From positions 1 to 64,000 of the forward strand of contig NIVC01003772.1 in assembly GCA_002269645.1 (NCBI GenBank): a stretch of 64,000 nt of DNA, given 5' to 3'. The position numbers and the translations under genes were made by a program. The notes under the pieces were generated by a model. It was not told the origin of the DNA. It saw only the letters and a list, made by a program, of their open reading frames with translations, and did no database searches. This stretch comes from Macrostomum lignano. Lineage: Eukaryota. Numbering within the stretch: the stretch's first letter is position 1; each line of letters opens with the position of its first letter. Shown one piece after another: positions 1 to 13,200 of this stretch.

Positions 1-2
1 AT

Positions 3-1237
3 GATAATGATGCGTTGCTACATCTGCCTGAAGATGGTTATGCTCATCAAGTAGAAGGTATGATGTCGAAATGCAGTCTGACAATGAAGTGAATTTCGAG
101 GCGGCACAGCAAGAAGGCGGCTCAGCCAGAGCTGAGCGATTGCAGCAACAAGTAGAAAAAAATGCGGACGAGACGAACGAAGCTCGAGGAAACAATTAGT
201 TCGCTGTTGGAGACTCCTTTGCGTCGATTGGAATCGGCAGTACGAGACAAATTTTTGAGTGAAAAATTGAAATGGCCAGCAAGAAGCAACGAGCCGGTAA
301 ACGAATTTCAGGATGAAGGATATTTTACATTGGCTTATCCTCATCTCTTTCCGGATGGAGCAGGAGATTATAGTACGCCACGTAATTTTGGACTAAGTTT
401 GGGCGACTATGCCAAAGCATTTGATGCAATTCCGGTGTCCAAGATTTCGTACCGATTTGCGGTTTAAATTTTACATTGAAAATATGGTGATGCGCGTTGG
501 AGGCGCTGGAAGTTGGTCGCGTGTTTGTACACGACAACAAGTATCTGGATTAAGTGCCAAGGAAATGATTGAAGCACTAAATGACGCCGCAGTATTGGCT
601 AGCGTGTCAGTTCGAGCATCAGATTTGCGAGGCACAAGCGCTTATTGGCAGAGTAAAGGACGGCAATTGGAAGCCATGATTCGAACGCTTGGTGTCCTCA
701 TTTTTTCGTGACACTATCGCAGCAGATGTACATTGGCCAGAGTTGCAGCATGCCTGGGGAATCGATGCAGAGCAATATGAAAGCAATGTAGAACTAAGAG
801 CAGAAATGTTGTCAAAGTTGCAAAAAGATCCCGGAATGGCAGACACTGTGTTTTGGTTGCGATTTGAAACATGTTTGAAACGTTTTTTGGTCGAGCACTG
901 GAAAGTAAACGATTATTGGTTTCGCATAGAATATCAGAGTCGCGGAAGTCCACACGTTCACGGTTGCATTTGGATGCCAGATGGTGTTGATGTGACATCG
1001 AATACATTGAATGCAGAAGAATTGACGAGCTTTGTTGACAAGTACATCTGTAGTTGGAATTTGGCCATGGACGAATCGGATTATGGAAATCAAGTTTTGA
1101 ATGGCAGTTTAGCAGGTCAAGGTCATCCAGCTCAACTGAAACCGGAAGAGATTGAAAATGACAAGCAAGATTTGCAGTTAATTTCGCATTTGACAGAGAG
1201 GCACACTATTTGCAGTAAAAGTGCTTGCGAACAGTAA
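3..1237 (+). pseudogene. N-terminal/Rep part of the Helitron protein, broken by several single-base frameshifts (real decay or assembly error)
   Basis: Conserved blocks fall in alternating frames: LPEDG; WP..EPVNEF...LAYPHLFPDGAGD; KHLMQF..RF; LRGTSAYW...LEAMIRTLG; PHFFVTLS; AADVHWPEL; EYQSRGSPHVH; HTICS. Shifts at ~414-416, ~694, ~719 and ~1217-1220. Confidence 0.8.
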
Positions 1238-3870
1238 AAGGCAAACAAGAGTGCCGATTCAAGTATCCGCGCGAGCCGCAGGAAAAGACTGTTGCAAAGC
1301 GAGTATCCCGTTTAAATTGGCAAGTTGAGACGCAGCGCAACGACGAGCGAATGATTTCTCACAGTCCGCAGTTGCTGTGCATGTGGAGAGCCAATGTCGA
1401 TGTTCAAATGATTTCGTCCGTGAAGAATTTGATTCGCTATTTGATCAAGTATGCGACAAAAAGCGAAAAGGAGTCGGATTATATGGCGGAGCTGACAAAG
1501 CGTCTTCATAAGGAGTTGGAAGATAATGCAGAACAGAATGCCGATAACAATTTTCAGCGTAGCAACACTGCAAGGCGTGTTGTACAACAACACTTGATGG
1601 CGCAAGTTGGAGCGCGTGATTATTCGGCGCAAGAGGCAATGCATTTGCTATTGCAGACGTCAATGTACAAGGGTTCGCGAGAATTTGTTTTTGTTCAGAC
1701 TGGCGAAACCCGCGCAGTGGAGGAAAAGGGTGTTTGCAGGAATAGTTGCGACAAGTATTCAAAGCGTGCAAAGAATTTGGAAAATGTAACAATGTTTCGT
1801 TTCTTTTCCGACTACTGTCTCAGCCCTAATGGGAGGTGCACAAAAAGGCCGAAACAAGTAGTTTTGCTAATCAGTCCATTTTTTCGACCGAATGAGCAAT
1901 CAGACGAAAGACGCGAAGGCTATTATCGGCAGCAGGTTTTGTTGTACAGTTGTTGGCGAAATGAGCGAGAAGCCAAAGGTTTGCACACAAGCTGGCAGCA
2001 AGCGTACGAAGCCATGCCTGCTGAGAATCGATGCGAGCTGCAGCTGCCCAATTTGGACGATTTGCGCAACGACGAAGCTGACGAAGAAGTCGAAGCAGTT
2101 GCGGAGCTACCCGAAATGACCAACGCAAATGCGCAATCTGCTGCTCAGCCAACTTATGAGCACGAAGAGCAAGAAGATTGGATGGTTGCAGTGGGGGCAC
2201 TTCATCGCGAGAGAAATCTATTGGCCTGTCCAGAAGATCAATTGCCAAAGCCGCCAGAAAATTTTGACTGGAGCGCAGCTAGTGGCGGCCAGTTTCCAAC
2301 GGTTGGAGAAGCAAAGGCGTTTTTAAGTAGCGACCTAAAACTTGGCGCAAGAGAGGTCGCTGACATGCCGATAAACAGTGTTGAATCGCTTAATGTTCGG
2401 CAGCGAGAAATGTACAACCTAATTGAAAGTCATTTGCAGCTTTCAAGACTAGCCGAAGAAAACCAAGGCGAAAAGCCGGAGCCTCTCAAAGCAATTTTGT
2501 ATGGTAGCGCTGGAACTGGAAAAAGCTACTTGATTTCTACATTGCGTCGGTTGATTGGAGAATCAAGATGCAGAATTATGGCATCAACAGGCGTAGCCGC
2601 TTTCAATATTGCAGGCGAAACTTTGCACTCGGCTTTGAAATTGAATGTAAATTTTAGTGCTGGTGTTGGCAAGAAATCCCTAATGGAGATGCAAGAGCAG
2701 TGGAAAGATGTGCGCTACATTTTTATTGACGAATTTAGCATGCTTGGCCAAAGGTTACTCCGTAAGGTGGATGCTCGTTTGCGCGAATTGTTTCCAGAAC
2801 ACAGTAAACAGAGTTTTGGTGGTCGATCTGTAATCCTAATTGGCGACGTGTTTCAATTGCCTCCAGTTTTGGACACGCAACTGTACGTTTACAATCCAAA
2901 TCAAAAGAAGCACGATATATTGAAATCTGAAGGCTATAAATTGTACATGGAGTTCAAAAAGGTTGTGCATCTGACAGAACAAGTCCGACAAGCAAACGAT
3001 ACGGAATTCGCCCAGTTGTTGGATAAACTTCGCGAAGGCAAGGCCGACGAAGCCTGCTGGAATTCGTTGATGAACAATTGTCGCGTCTATGCTCCCGACC
3101 TTTTGCCTGAAGGTTTCCAAAGCGGGTGTACATTTTTATATCACACTAACGAGGATGTGAGAAATCGCAACTACATGCTATTGGGAAAGATGGTTTCCGA
3201 ATTGAATCCTGTGCGGCAAATTAACGCAATTTGTAAAGGAGACGAAGCAAAATTGTGTGGCAAAAAGAAGGAACATAAAAAATCGGATACGAATCTGGAG
3301 AAGCGACTCTATTTGTGTATTGGTGCTCGAGTAATGCTAACTAGAAATCTGTCAGTACGCAATGGACTTGTGAATGGATCAGTTGGAACTGTACGAGGAA
3401 TTTGCTACGCTCCTGGAAGGCAATCACCAAAGGATTGGCCAGATTGTATTTGGGTTGAATTTGACAATTATTCTGGCCCAGCAATGGGGGCAATTGTACA
3501 AGATAATCGTGCAATTCGTGTAGTGCCAATTCTGTCAGTAACGAATGAAAAGTTTAAAGGAGGAGCCCAATTGTCGCGTCAACAATTTCCACTACGATTG
3601 GCTTGGGCTAGTACGATTCACAAGAGCCAAGGACTTACAATTCCAAAAGCGTACGTGGCGTTTAGCAAAGGAGGCGCCAGGAAAGCTATTCCAGCTGGAT
3701 TATTTTATACTGCGGTGAGTAGAGTTCGTGCATTTGCAGATTTGCGAGTATCAAGTTGCGATTACAACAATTTCGTGAGCCTTTTTTCTGCACAAAAAGT
3801 GCAGACGCAGTTGCATGAGCAAAAGCGTTTGCTGAGAATGTGCTCATCCGCGAATTCTGATAGCCGCTAA
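1225..3870 (+). CDS. Helitron Rep C-terminus plus PIF1-like SF1B DNA helicase (881-aa uninterrupted ORF, not independently initiated)
   Basis: CRFKYP, RANVDVQ, YLIKYATK, RDYSAQEA; Walker A GSAGTGKS; Walker B FIDEFSM; GDVFQLPPV, LTEQVRQ, GARVMLTRNL, QFPLRLAWASTIHKSQGLT, YTAVSRVR. Confidence 0.9.
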   Translation: MRTVKGKQECRFKYPREPQEKTVAKRVSRLNWQVETQRNDERMISHSPQLLCMWRANVDVQMISSVKNLIRYLIKYATKSEKESDYMAELTKRLHKELEDNAEQNADNNFQRSNTARRVVQQHLMAQVGARDYSAQEAMHLLLQTSMYKGSREFVFVQTGETRAVEEKGVCRNSCDKYSKRAKNLENVTMFRFFSDYCLSPNGRCTKRPKQVVLLISPFFRPNEQSDERREGYYRQQVLLYSCWRNEREAKGLHTSWQQAYEAMPAENRCELQLPNLDDLRNDEADEEVEAVAELPEMTNANAQSAAQPTYEHEEQEDWMVAVGALHRERNLLACPEDQLPKPPENFDWSAASGGQFPTVGEAKAFLSSDLKLGAREVADMPINSVESLNVRQREMYNLIESHLQLSRLAEENQGEKPEPLKAILYGSAGTGKSYLISTLRRLIGESRCRIMASTGVAAFNIAGETLHSALKLNVNFSAGVGKKSLMEMQEQWKDVRYIFIDEFSMLGQRLLRKVDARLRELFPEHSKQSFGGRSVILIGDVFQLPPVLDTQLYVYNPNQKKHDILKSEGYKLYMEFKKVVHLTEQVRQANDTEFAQLLDKLREGKADEACWNSLMNNCRVYAPDLLPEGFQSGCTFLYHTNEDVRNRNYMLLGKMVSELNPVRQINAICKGDEAKLCGKKKEHKKSDTNLEKRLYLCIGARVMLTRNLSVRNGLVNGSVGTVRGICYAPGRQSPKDWPDCIWVEFDNYSGPAMGAIVQDNRAIRVVPILSVTNEKFKGGAQLSRQQFPLRLAWASTIHKSQGLTIPKAYVAFSKGGARKAIPAGLFYTAVSRVRAFADLRVSSCDYNNFVSLFSAQKVQTQLHEQKRLLRMCSSANSDSR

Positions 3871-3884
3871 CTTGCTATTCTAAA

Positions 3885-6800
3885 GTCGGCAACTATTTAG
3901 TCAGCAACTATCCATCCAGTCAGCATCCGTCCAGTCAGCAGCCGTCAGTCAGCAACAATCCAGTCAGCAACCATCCAGTCAGCAACCATCCAGTCAGCAA
4001 ACATCCATCCAGTCAGCAACCATTCGTCCAGTCAGCATCCATCCAGTCAGCAACCATCCAGTCAGCAACCATCCAGTCAGCATCCGTCCAGTCAGCAGCC
4101 ATCCAGTCAGCAACCGTCCATCCAGTCAGCAACAATCCAGTCAGCAATCATCCAGTCAGCAACCATCCAGTCACAACCATCCAGTCAGCAGTCATCCAGT
4201 CAGCAACCATCCGTCCAGTCAGCAACCATCCGTCCAGTCAGCAATCATCCGTCCAGTCAGCGACCATCCAGTCGGCAACCATCCAGTCACAACCATACGT
4301 CCAGTCAGCAACCATCCAGTCAGCAACCATCCAGTCAGCAACCATCCATCCATTCAGCAACCATCCAGTCAGCAACCATCCAGTCAGCAACCATCCAGTC
4401 AGCAACCATTCGTCCAGCAACCATCCATCCAGTCAGCAACAATCCAGTCAGCAACCATCCAGTCAGCAAACATCCATCCAGTCAGCAACCATTCGTCCAG
4501 TCAGCATCCATCCAGTCAGCAACCATCCAGTCAGCAACCATCCAGTCAGCATCCGTCCAGTCAGCAGCCATCCAGTCAGCAACCGTCCATCCAGTCAGCA
4601 ACAATCCAGTCAGCAATCATCCAGTCAGCAACCATCCAGTCACAACCATCCAGTCAGCAGTCATCCAGTCAGCAACCATCCGTCCAGTCAGCAACCATCC
4701 GTCCAGTCAGCAATCATCCGTCCAGTCAGCGACCATCCAGTCGGCAACCATCCAGTCACAACCATACGTCCAGTCAGCAACCATCCAGTCAGCAACCATC
4801 CAGTCAGCAACCATCCATCCATTCAGCAACCATCCAGTCAGCAACCATCCAGTCAGCAACCATCCAGTCAGCAACCATCCGTCCAGCAACCATCCATCCA
4901 GTCAGCAACAATCCAGTCAGCAACCATCCAGTCAGCAACCATCCAGTCAGCAACCATCCATCCAGTCAGCAACCATCCAGTCAGCAGCCATCCTGTCAGC
5001 AGCCATCCAGTCAGCAGCCATCCAGTCAGCAACCGTCCATCCAGTCAGCACCCATCCAGTCAACAACCATCCAGTCAGCGACCATCCAGTCAGCAACCAT
5101 CCAGTCAGCAACCATCCAGTCAACAACAGTCCATCCAGTCAGCAAACATCCATCCAGTCAGCAACCATCCAGTCAACAACAGTCCATCCAGTCAGCAACC
5201 ATCCATCCAGTCAGCAACAATCCAGTCACAACCATACATCCAGTCAGCAACCATCCAGTCAGCAACCATCCGTCCAGTCAGCAACCATCCAGTCAGCAGC
5301 CATCCTGTCAGCAGCCATCCAGTCAGCAGCCATCCAGTCAGCAACCGTCCATCCAGTCAGCACCCATCCAGTCAACAACCATCCAGTCAGCGACCATCCA
5401 GTCAGCAACCATCCAGTCAGCAACCATCCAGTCAGCAAACATCCATCCAGTCAGCAACCATCCAGTCAACAACAGTCCATCAAGTCAGCAACCAATCATC
5501 CAGTCAGCAACAATCCAGTCAGCAACAATCCAGTCAGCAACAATCCAGTCACAACCATACATCCAGTCAGCAACCATCCAGTCAGCAACCGTCCATCCAG
5601 TCAGCAACAATCCAGTCAGCAACAATCCAGTCAGCAACCGTCCATCCAGTCAGCAACTATCCAGTCAGCAACCATCCATCCAGTCAGCAACCGTCCAGTC
5701 AACAACCATCCAGTCAGCGACCATCCAGTCAGCAACCATCCAGTCAGCAACCATCCAGTCAACAACAGTCCATCCAGTCAGCAAACATCCATCCAGTCAG
5801 CAACCATCCAGTCAACAACAGTCCATCCAGTCAGCAACCATCCATCCAGTCAGCAACAATCCAGTCACAACCATACATCCAGTCAGCAACCATCCAGTCA
5901 GCAACCATCCGTCCAGTCAGCAACCATCCAGTCAGCAGCCATCCTGTCAGCAGCCATCCAGTCAGCAGCCATCCAGTCAGCAACCGTCCATCCAGTCAGC
6001 ACCCATCCAGTCAACAACCATCCAGTCAGCGACCATCCAGTCAGCAACCATCCAGTCAGCAACCATCCAGTCAGCAAACATCCATCCAGTCAGCAACCAT
6101 CCAGTCAACAACAGTCCATCAAGTCAGCAACCAATCATCCAGTCAGCAACAATCCAGTCAGCAACAATCCAGTCAGCAACAATCCAGTCACAACCATACA
6201 TCCAGTCAGCAACCATCCAGTCAGCAACCGTCCATCCAGTCAGCAACAATCCAGTCAGCAACAATCCAGTCAGCAACCGTCCATCCAGTCAGCAACTATC
6301 CAGTCAGCAACCATCCATCCAGTCAGCAACCGTCCAGTCAGCAACCATCCAGTCAGCAATCATCCATCCAGTCAGCAACCATCCAGTCAACAACCGTCCA
6401 TCCAGTCAGCAACCATCCAGTCAACAACCATCCAGTCAGCGACCATCCAGTCAGCAACCATCCAGTCAGCAACCATCCAGTCAGCAACCATCCAGTCAGC
6501 AAACATCCATCCAGTCAGCAACCATCCAGTCAACAACAGTCCATCCAGTCAGCAACCATCCATCCAGTCAGCAACAATCCAGTCACAACCATACATCCAG
6601 TCAGCAACCATCCAGTCAGCAACCGTCCATCCAGTCAGCAACAATCCAGTCAGCAACAATCCAGTCACAACCATACATCCAGTCAGCAACCATCCAGTCA
6701 GCAACCGTCCATCCAGTCAGCAACAATCCAGTCAGGAACAATCCAGTCAGCAACCATCCAGTCAGCAACCATCCAGTCAGCAACCGTCCATCCAGTCAGC

Positions 6801-9800
6801 AACAATCCAGTCACAACCATCCGTCCAGTCAGCAACCATCCAGTCAGCAAACATCCATCCAGTCGGAAACCATCCAGGCAGCAACCATCTAGTCAGCAAC
6901 CATCCATCGAGTCAGCAACCGTCCAGTCAGCAACCATCCAGTCAGCAGCCATCCTGTCAGCAGCCATCCAGTCAGCAAACATTCATCCAGTCAGCAACCA
7001 TCCATCCAGTCAGCACCCATCCAGTCAACAACCATCCAGTCAGCGACCATCCAGTCAGCAACCATCCAGTCAGCAACCATCCAGTCAGCAAACATCCATC
7101 CAGTCAGCAACCATCCAGTCAGCAAACATCCATCCAGTCAGCAACCATCCAGTCAACAACAGTCCATCAAGTCAGCAACCAATCATCCAGTCAGCAACAA
7201 TCCAGTCAGCAACAATCCAGTCAGCAACAATCCAGTCACAACCATACATCCAGTCAGCAACCATCCAGTCAGCAACCGTCCATCCAGTCAGCAACAATCC
7301 AGTCAGCAACAATCCAGTCAGCAACCGTCCATCCAGTCAGCAACTATCCAGTCAGCAACCATCCATCCAGTCAGCAACCGTCCAGTCAGCAACCATCCAG
7401 TCAGCAATCATCCATCCAGTCAGCAACCATCCAGTCAACAACCGTCCATCCAGTCAGCAACCATCCAGTCAACAACCATCCAGTCAGCGACCATCCAGTC
7501 AGCAACCATCCAGTCAGCAACCATCCAGTCAGCAACCATCCAGTCAGCAAACATCCATCCAGTCAGCAACCATCCAGTCAACAACAGTCCATCCAGTCAG
7601 CAACCATCCATCCAGTCAGCAACAATCCAGTCACAACCATACATCCAGTCAGCAACCATCCAGTCAGCAACCGTCCATCCAGTCAGCAACAATCCAGTCA
7701 GCAACAATCCAGTCACAACCATACATCCAGTCAGCAACCATCCAGTCAGCAACCGTCCATCCAGTCAGCAACAATCCAGTCAGGAACAATCCAGTCAGCA
7801 ACCATCCAGTCAGCAACCATCCAGTCAGCAACCGTCCATCCAGTCAGCAACAATCCAGTCACAACCATCCGTCCAGTCAGCAACCATCCAGTCAGCAAAC
7901 ATCCATCCAGTCGGAAACCATCCAGGCAGCAACCATCTAGTCAGCAACCATCCATCGAGTCAGCAACCGTCCAGTCAGCAACCATCCTGTCAGCAGCCAT
8001 CCTGTCAGCAGCCATCCAGTCAGCAAACATTCATCCAGTCAGCAACCATCCATCCAGTCAGCACCCATCCAGTCAACAACCATCCAGTCAGCGACCATCC
8101 AGTCAGCAACCATCCAGTCAGCAACCATCCAGTCAGCAAACATCCATCCAGTCAGCAACCATCCAGTCAACAACAGTCCATCCAGTCAGCAACAATCCAG
8201 TCAGCAACAATCCAGTCACAACCATACATCCAGTCAGCAACCATCCAGTCAGCAGCCATCTAGTCAGCAGCCATCGAGTCAGCAGCCATCCAGTGAGCAA
8301 CCGTCCATCCAGTTAGCAACCATCCAGTCAGCAACCATCCGTCCAGTCAGCAACCATCCAGTCAGCAGCCATCCTGTCAGCAGCCATCCAGTCAGCAGCC
8401 ATCCAGTCAGCAACCGTCCATCCAGTCAGCACCCATCCAGTCAACAACCATCCAGTCAGCGACCATCCAGTCAGCAACCATCCAGTCAGCAACCATCCAG
8501 TCAGCAAACATCCATCCAGTCAGCAACCATCCAGTCAACAACAGTCCATCAAGTCAGCAACCAATCATCCAGTCAGCAACAATCCAGTCAGCAACAATCC
8601 AGTCAGCAACAATCCAGTCACAACCATACATCCAGTCAGCAACCATCCAGTCAGCAACCGTCCATCCAGTCAGCAACAATCCAGTCAGCAACAATCCAGT
8701 CAGCAACCGTCCATCCAGTCAGCAACTATCCAGTCAGCAACCATCCATCCAGTCAGCAACCGTCCAGTCAGCAACCATCCAGTCAGCAATCATCCATCCA
8801 GTCAGCAACCATCCAGTCAACAACCGTCCATCCAGTCAGCAACCATCCAGTCAACAACCATCCAGTCAGCGACCATCCAGTCAGCAACCATCCAGTCAGC
8901 AACCATCCAGTCAGCAACCATCCAGTCAGCAAACATCCATCCAGTCAGCAACCATCCAGTCAACAACAGTCCATCCAGTCAGCAACCATCCATCCAGTCA
9001 GCAACAATCCAGTCACAACCATACATCCAGTCAGCAACCATCCAGTCAGCAACCGTCCATCCAGTCAGCAACAATCCAGTCAGCAACAATCCAGTCACAA
9101 CCATACATCCAGTCAGCAACCATCCAGTCAGCAACCGTCCGTCCAGTCAGCAACAATCCAGTCAGGAACAATCCAGTCAGCAACCATCCAGTCAGCAACC
9201 ATCCAGTCAGCAACCGTCCATCCAGTCAGCAACAATCCAGTCACAACCATCCGTCCAGTCAGCAACCATCCAGTCAGCAAACATCCATCCAGTCGGAAAC
9301 CATCCAGGCAGCAACCATCTAGTCAGCAACCATCCATCGAGTCAGCAACCGTCCAGTCAGCAACCATCCAGTCAGCAGCCATCCTGTCAGCAGCCATCCA
9401 GTCAGCAAACATCCATCCAGTCAGCAACCATCCATCCAGTCAGCACCCATCCAGTCAACAACCATCCAGTCAGCGACCATCCAGTCAGCAACCATCCAGT
9501 CAGCAACCATCCAGTCAGCAAACATCCATCCAGTCAGCAACCATCCAGTCAACAACAGTCCATCCAGTCAGCAACAATCCAGTCAGCAACAATCCAGTCA
9601 CAACCATACATCCAGTCAGCAACCATCCAGTCAGCAGCCATCTAGTCAGCAGCCATCGAGTCAGCAGCCATCCAGTGAGCAACCGTCCATCCAGTTAGCA
9701 ACCATCCAGTCAGCAACAATCCAGTCACAACCATACGTCCAGTCAGCAACCATCCAGTCAGCAACCATCCGTCCAGTCAGCAACCATTCCAGTCAGCAAC

Positions 9801-9920
9801 AATCCAGTCACAACCATACGTCCAGTCAGCAACCATCCAGTCAGCAACCGTCCATCCAGTCAGCAACCATCCAGTCAGCAACAATCCAGTCACAACCATA
9901 CGTCCAGTCAACAACCATCC
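3885..9920. repeat. 6-kb minisatellite, ~15-bp unit CCAGTCAGCAACCAT, with higher-order duplications
   Basis: Continuous variant units. Rare variants recur at offsets of 469, 639, 1048 and 1382 bp (for example CGGAAAC at 6864, 7912 and 9294). Confidence 0.97.
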
Positions 9921-10165
9921 AATTATTTACGATAAATTGCGTAATTTGCGTTGCAGTGGCTGCTGAATTCTCATAAGCAAAGCACTTAAAAAGCTAATGT
10001 CTGCTCGAGTTACAATTTAAATATTCTTTCCAAAAACGAACACTCTATTGAGTGGGTACTGCGCGCATGTTTGCCGTTTGGCGGTTTTGATACAAATTTG
10101 CGAAACTATTATTGCGCGCAGCACCGCCCACAAAATGTGCAGTGAAAGTCCCTAAAAGTGTGAGT

Positions 10166-10284
10166 AGCATTGATTAACCTTTCACAGTGTAAAAAAATTT
10201 ACAGTGTAAAAAATGGTGTAAAGTTTCCATAAAAATATCTTTGTTTTTAATTCTCATTGCACTGTGTGAGGTTAGTTAAATGCT
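10166..10284. mobile_element. Small degenerate inverted-repeat (MITE-like) element
   Basis: AGCATTGATTAACCTTTCACAGTGTAA (10166) is an imperfect reverse complement of 10257-10284. No TSD seen. Confidence 0.3.
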
Positions 10285-13200
10285 CGACGCTTTTTGTTTT
10301 AGACACGGCAGTATTTTTCTCATATAATAGTTTACATATTTATTGATTAATTCGTTTTTTCGGAGTTTTGAAAGCTGCTGTGCCTAATTATGGATTTAGC
10401 TAAATGATCAGGCTACCTAATGTTGGGTAACTTGTATCAAATGGCAAAGCATTTCACTGCAAAGTCGCATCCGGTGGTTTCACGTACCTGTGGGCGTTAA
10501 ACTGTACATTTGAAATGCTGAATTTCTAGGAAAATCTCATTTCAAATTACAGTGAACAGAATCGGAGCGGCGAAAATTTTTTTTAACTAATTTCGTTGTT
10601 AATTGCAAGATTATTTTTCGTAAGTCCAAATGTCCAAGATATTTATTATGAGTATTATTTCTTGGACCTTAGTATATGATGTTAATTCATGTGTCTCAGT
10701 TTGATTTTTTGAGTCTATTTAATAGAACTTTGTGATTAAAAAATTAATGAATGGTAAATTATAATTAATTAGTCACATAGGACATATGTAACTAAAATAC
10801 GTAGCATCTAAGTAGTTTACAATAGTTTAACATTTTTAGGGTTTTATGTGTTGCAAAACTGTACTCAAAGAAATCAAAAATAATTTCGAAATATTGAGCA
10901 ATTAATGCACTTCGACCTGCTAAGGTGGCACACCTTCAATCTAGTTTCTGTATACTGAACATCTAAGCTCTTTCAAGAGTATACATATCAAATTACGTAT
11001 TTTTTCTTTCTTCTGGAACGAATCTTTATTACACTGCTTTCGGCTTTAAATTACTATCATAGGCTTTCAATTTTCTGTGACACTTACATTACAACCTATA
11101 ATTGATTTATTATATTGAACAGCAACGCTAAATATTTAACTATAATTTTCCTACATCTTCAGCATCGCTATTTTCCAGTGAAATAGCTTTCATACTGAGA
11201 TAAAGGTGATAATATTAGATTAACTAATAACCTACGATGTAAAAAGATGGTGAGCTTCATTATATTGGAAAACGGAATCTACAGTCTACCTGTAGGAAGT
11301 GTACTCCTTTGCTTGCTGATTTGCTGCTTCTTGATCCCCAGTGAAACCTGAGCTTTTTAGCAAATTTTGCTATTTCCGTGTACAAAAGCAACGCTTACAA
11401 CAGTTTATATATACCTGCACTGCCGTTGCGCACCAGATTTTGCGTCAATTTTACCTTCATCGAATTTTTAGTTATTTTGTTGAAATGCATGCCTTTAGTA
11501 ATCCCATGATATCTCAACGTTAGTCAGGAAGTATTCGTACTGTTTTCATATTGATTGAAACACCAATAATTATTTATTTATTAAAATTAGCAAGTACACT
11601 TACTATCACCATCACGCAAATTGAAAACTGACATATCTCTAACCTTTAGCGCTTGGTAGTACAAGGAAGTATATTTAAAATACTTCGAAATCTTATGCTG
11701 TTATATCTTATGTGTTTTTGCAGCAGTAGATGCAGGAGTTAAAATTAATTTATAATTCGTTATTCCCTCATTGGTTCGTTGCATTATATCGATAGGAGTT
11801 TATTGATTTTTTAAATTTGTTTTAAATTTCATCCTTTGTTGATGCAATCCATAGATTTTGCTTTCATGATCGTACGTAGGTAATAGTATCCAGCGCCAGC
11901 TTCACCCCTCTTAACAAACGATGTCACACGGAACAAAAGTTATCCAATGCCATTGGTAATTCAGCTGCTTCAGTTGAGTTCATCAAACTGTTGGGTGATC
12001 AGAATGTTACGCAACAAAAGGGTGTTGCTAGGGCGCGCTGCTTATGTGCCGCGTGACATTGTGAGCTTATTATATAAGTAGGCATGGGATTGGGATTTAG
12101 CTGAATGCAAATCAAACCTGTATCTCCAACTGATCGCATCACTACTGATCAATTCTGCAGACATTGCGCACCAGCTTCTCAAGCATGTCGGACGATTCCA
12201 AGGATGCCCGACTCAAAGAGTTTCTCAAGCGAGCCGATAATGCCACATCGGTTGCTTGATCTCGACTGGTGGTCTCCGGCTGTTATTATTTTTTTTTACT
12301 ATTTTGACTTGGTCGTTCTTTTAAATTTTGTTTTATTTGCTGGTGTATTTGTAACTTTTTTTTAATTATTTTGAATCGTACTGTCTTGCGTAGAGGAGGG
12401 TCGTTCGCAAATTCTAGAAGGAGCAAAAATTTTAACAATTTTCCGAACATTTACTATTGTTACTGCCATATTCAAAATAATAGGACACTTTTATCTGTGA
12501 ATAAAGATAATTTTTGGGTTGAACTTTATCATGCAAAAGTGTTTTTAATCATCTGGCGGTATTAAGCGATAATTAGCGATGAAAAAATTCAAATTCAATC
12601 ATTTCACCGATGTTAATTTTTGATACTACAAGATGTCTGTAGCTAAAAAAGTTGTTGTTGTGTTGAAACCTTGCTATATTACATTTAAAATGAAAGCTTA
12701 TATAAATTTAATTTAAGAATTTTTTAAAGCACAATAAACTGCACTATAAATGATTTTATAGACGCTTAACTGGACGCCTAGCATTTCCGGTGGGATAGCC
12801 TCTTTGCGTCTCACAAAATGTATTTTTCAGCTGACGTCTAGAATGTGCGCTTAAAATGATACATTTTGATGCAGATAATTAGAAAAACATGTCTTATTAT
12901 CTTTTTGTAAAAAATTGTTATGAAATAGAGCACTATTATTGATAAAAATAATTAAAAGCAACCATGCATCGCAATTAACTCCTACTTTGAAGCACAAAAT
13001 AAATATCCTGTAACCACACTAGCATTCTCCATGGAGCACCTTTTGAGCTGAAATTTTACACAGATATCCAGTAAAGTAAACTGAGCAAATGATTTTTTTT
13101 GTTTTTGAAAATACTTCAATTTGGCTATGTATCAGTTAGTTCATTGGACATATTTATTATATTTTTATTAAAATCCTTGTAACCAAGCTACAGAGAAACA

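Larger units (their letters stand above)
1..3870 (+). mobile_element. Helitron (Helitron2-like, no endonuclease) Rep-helicase coding region; 5' end lies outside the window
   Basis: HUH Rep motifs FVTLS (~702-719), EYQSRGSPHVH (929-961) and YLIKY (1438-1452) lie upstream of a PIF1-family helicase. No apurinic endonuclease follows the helicase. Confidence 0.9.

Noticed and set aside
1225-3870. Host PIF1 helicase gene or programmed frameshifting
   Set aside because: The helicase is fused to HUH Rep motifs, so it is a Helitron. The multiple mixed-direction shifts lack slippery-site or pseudoknot context.
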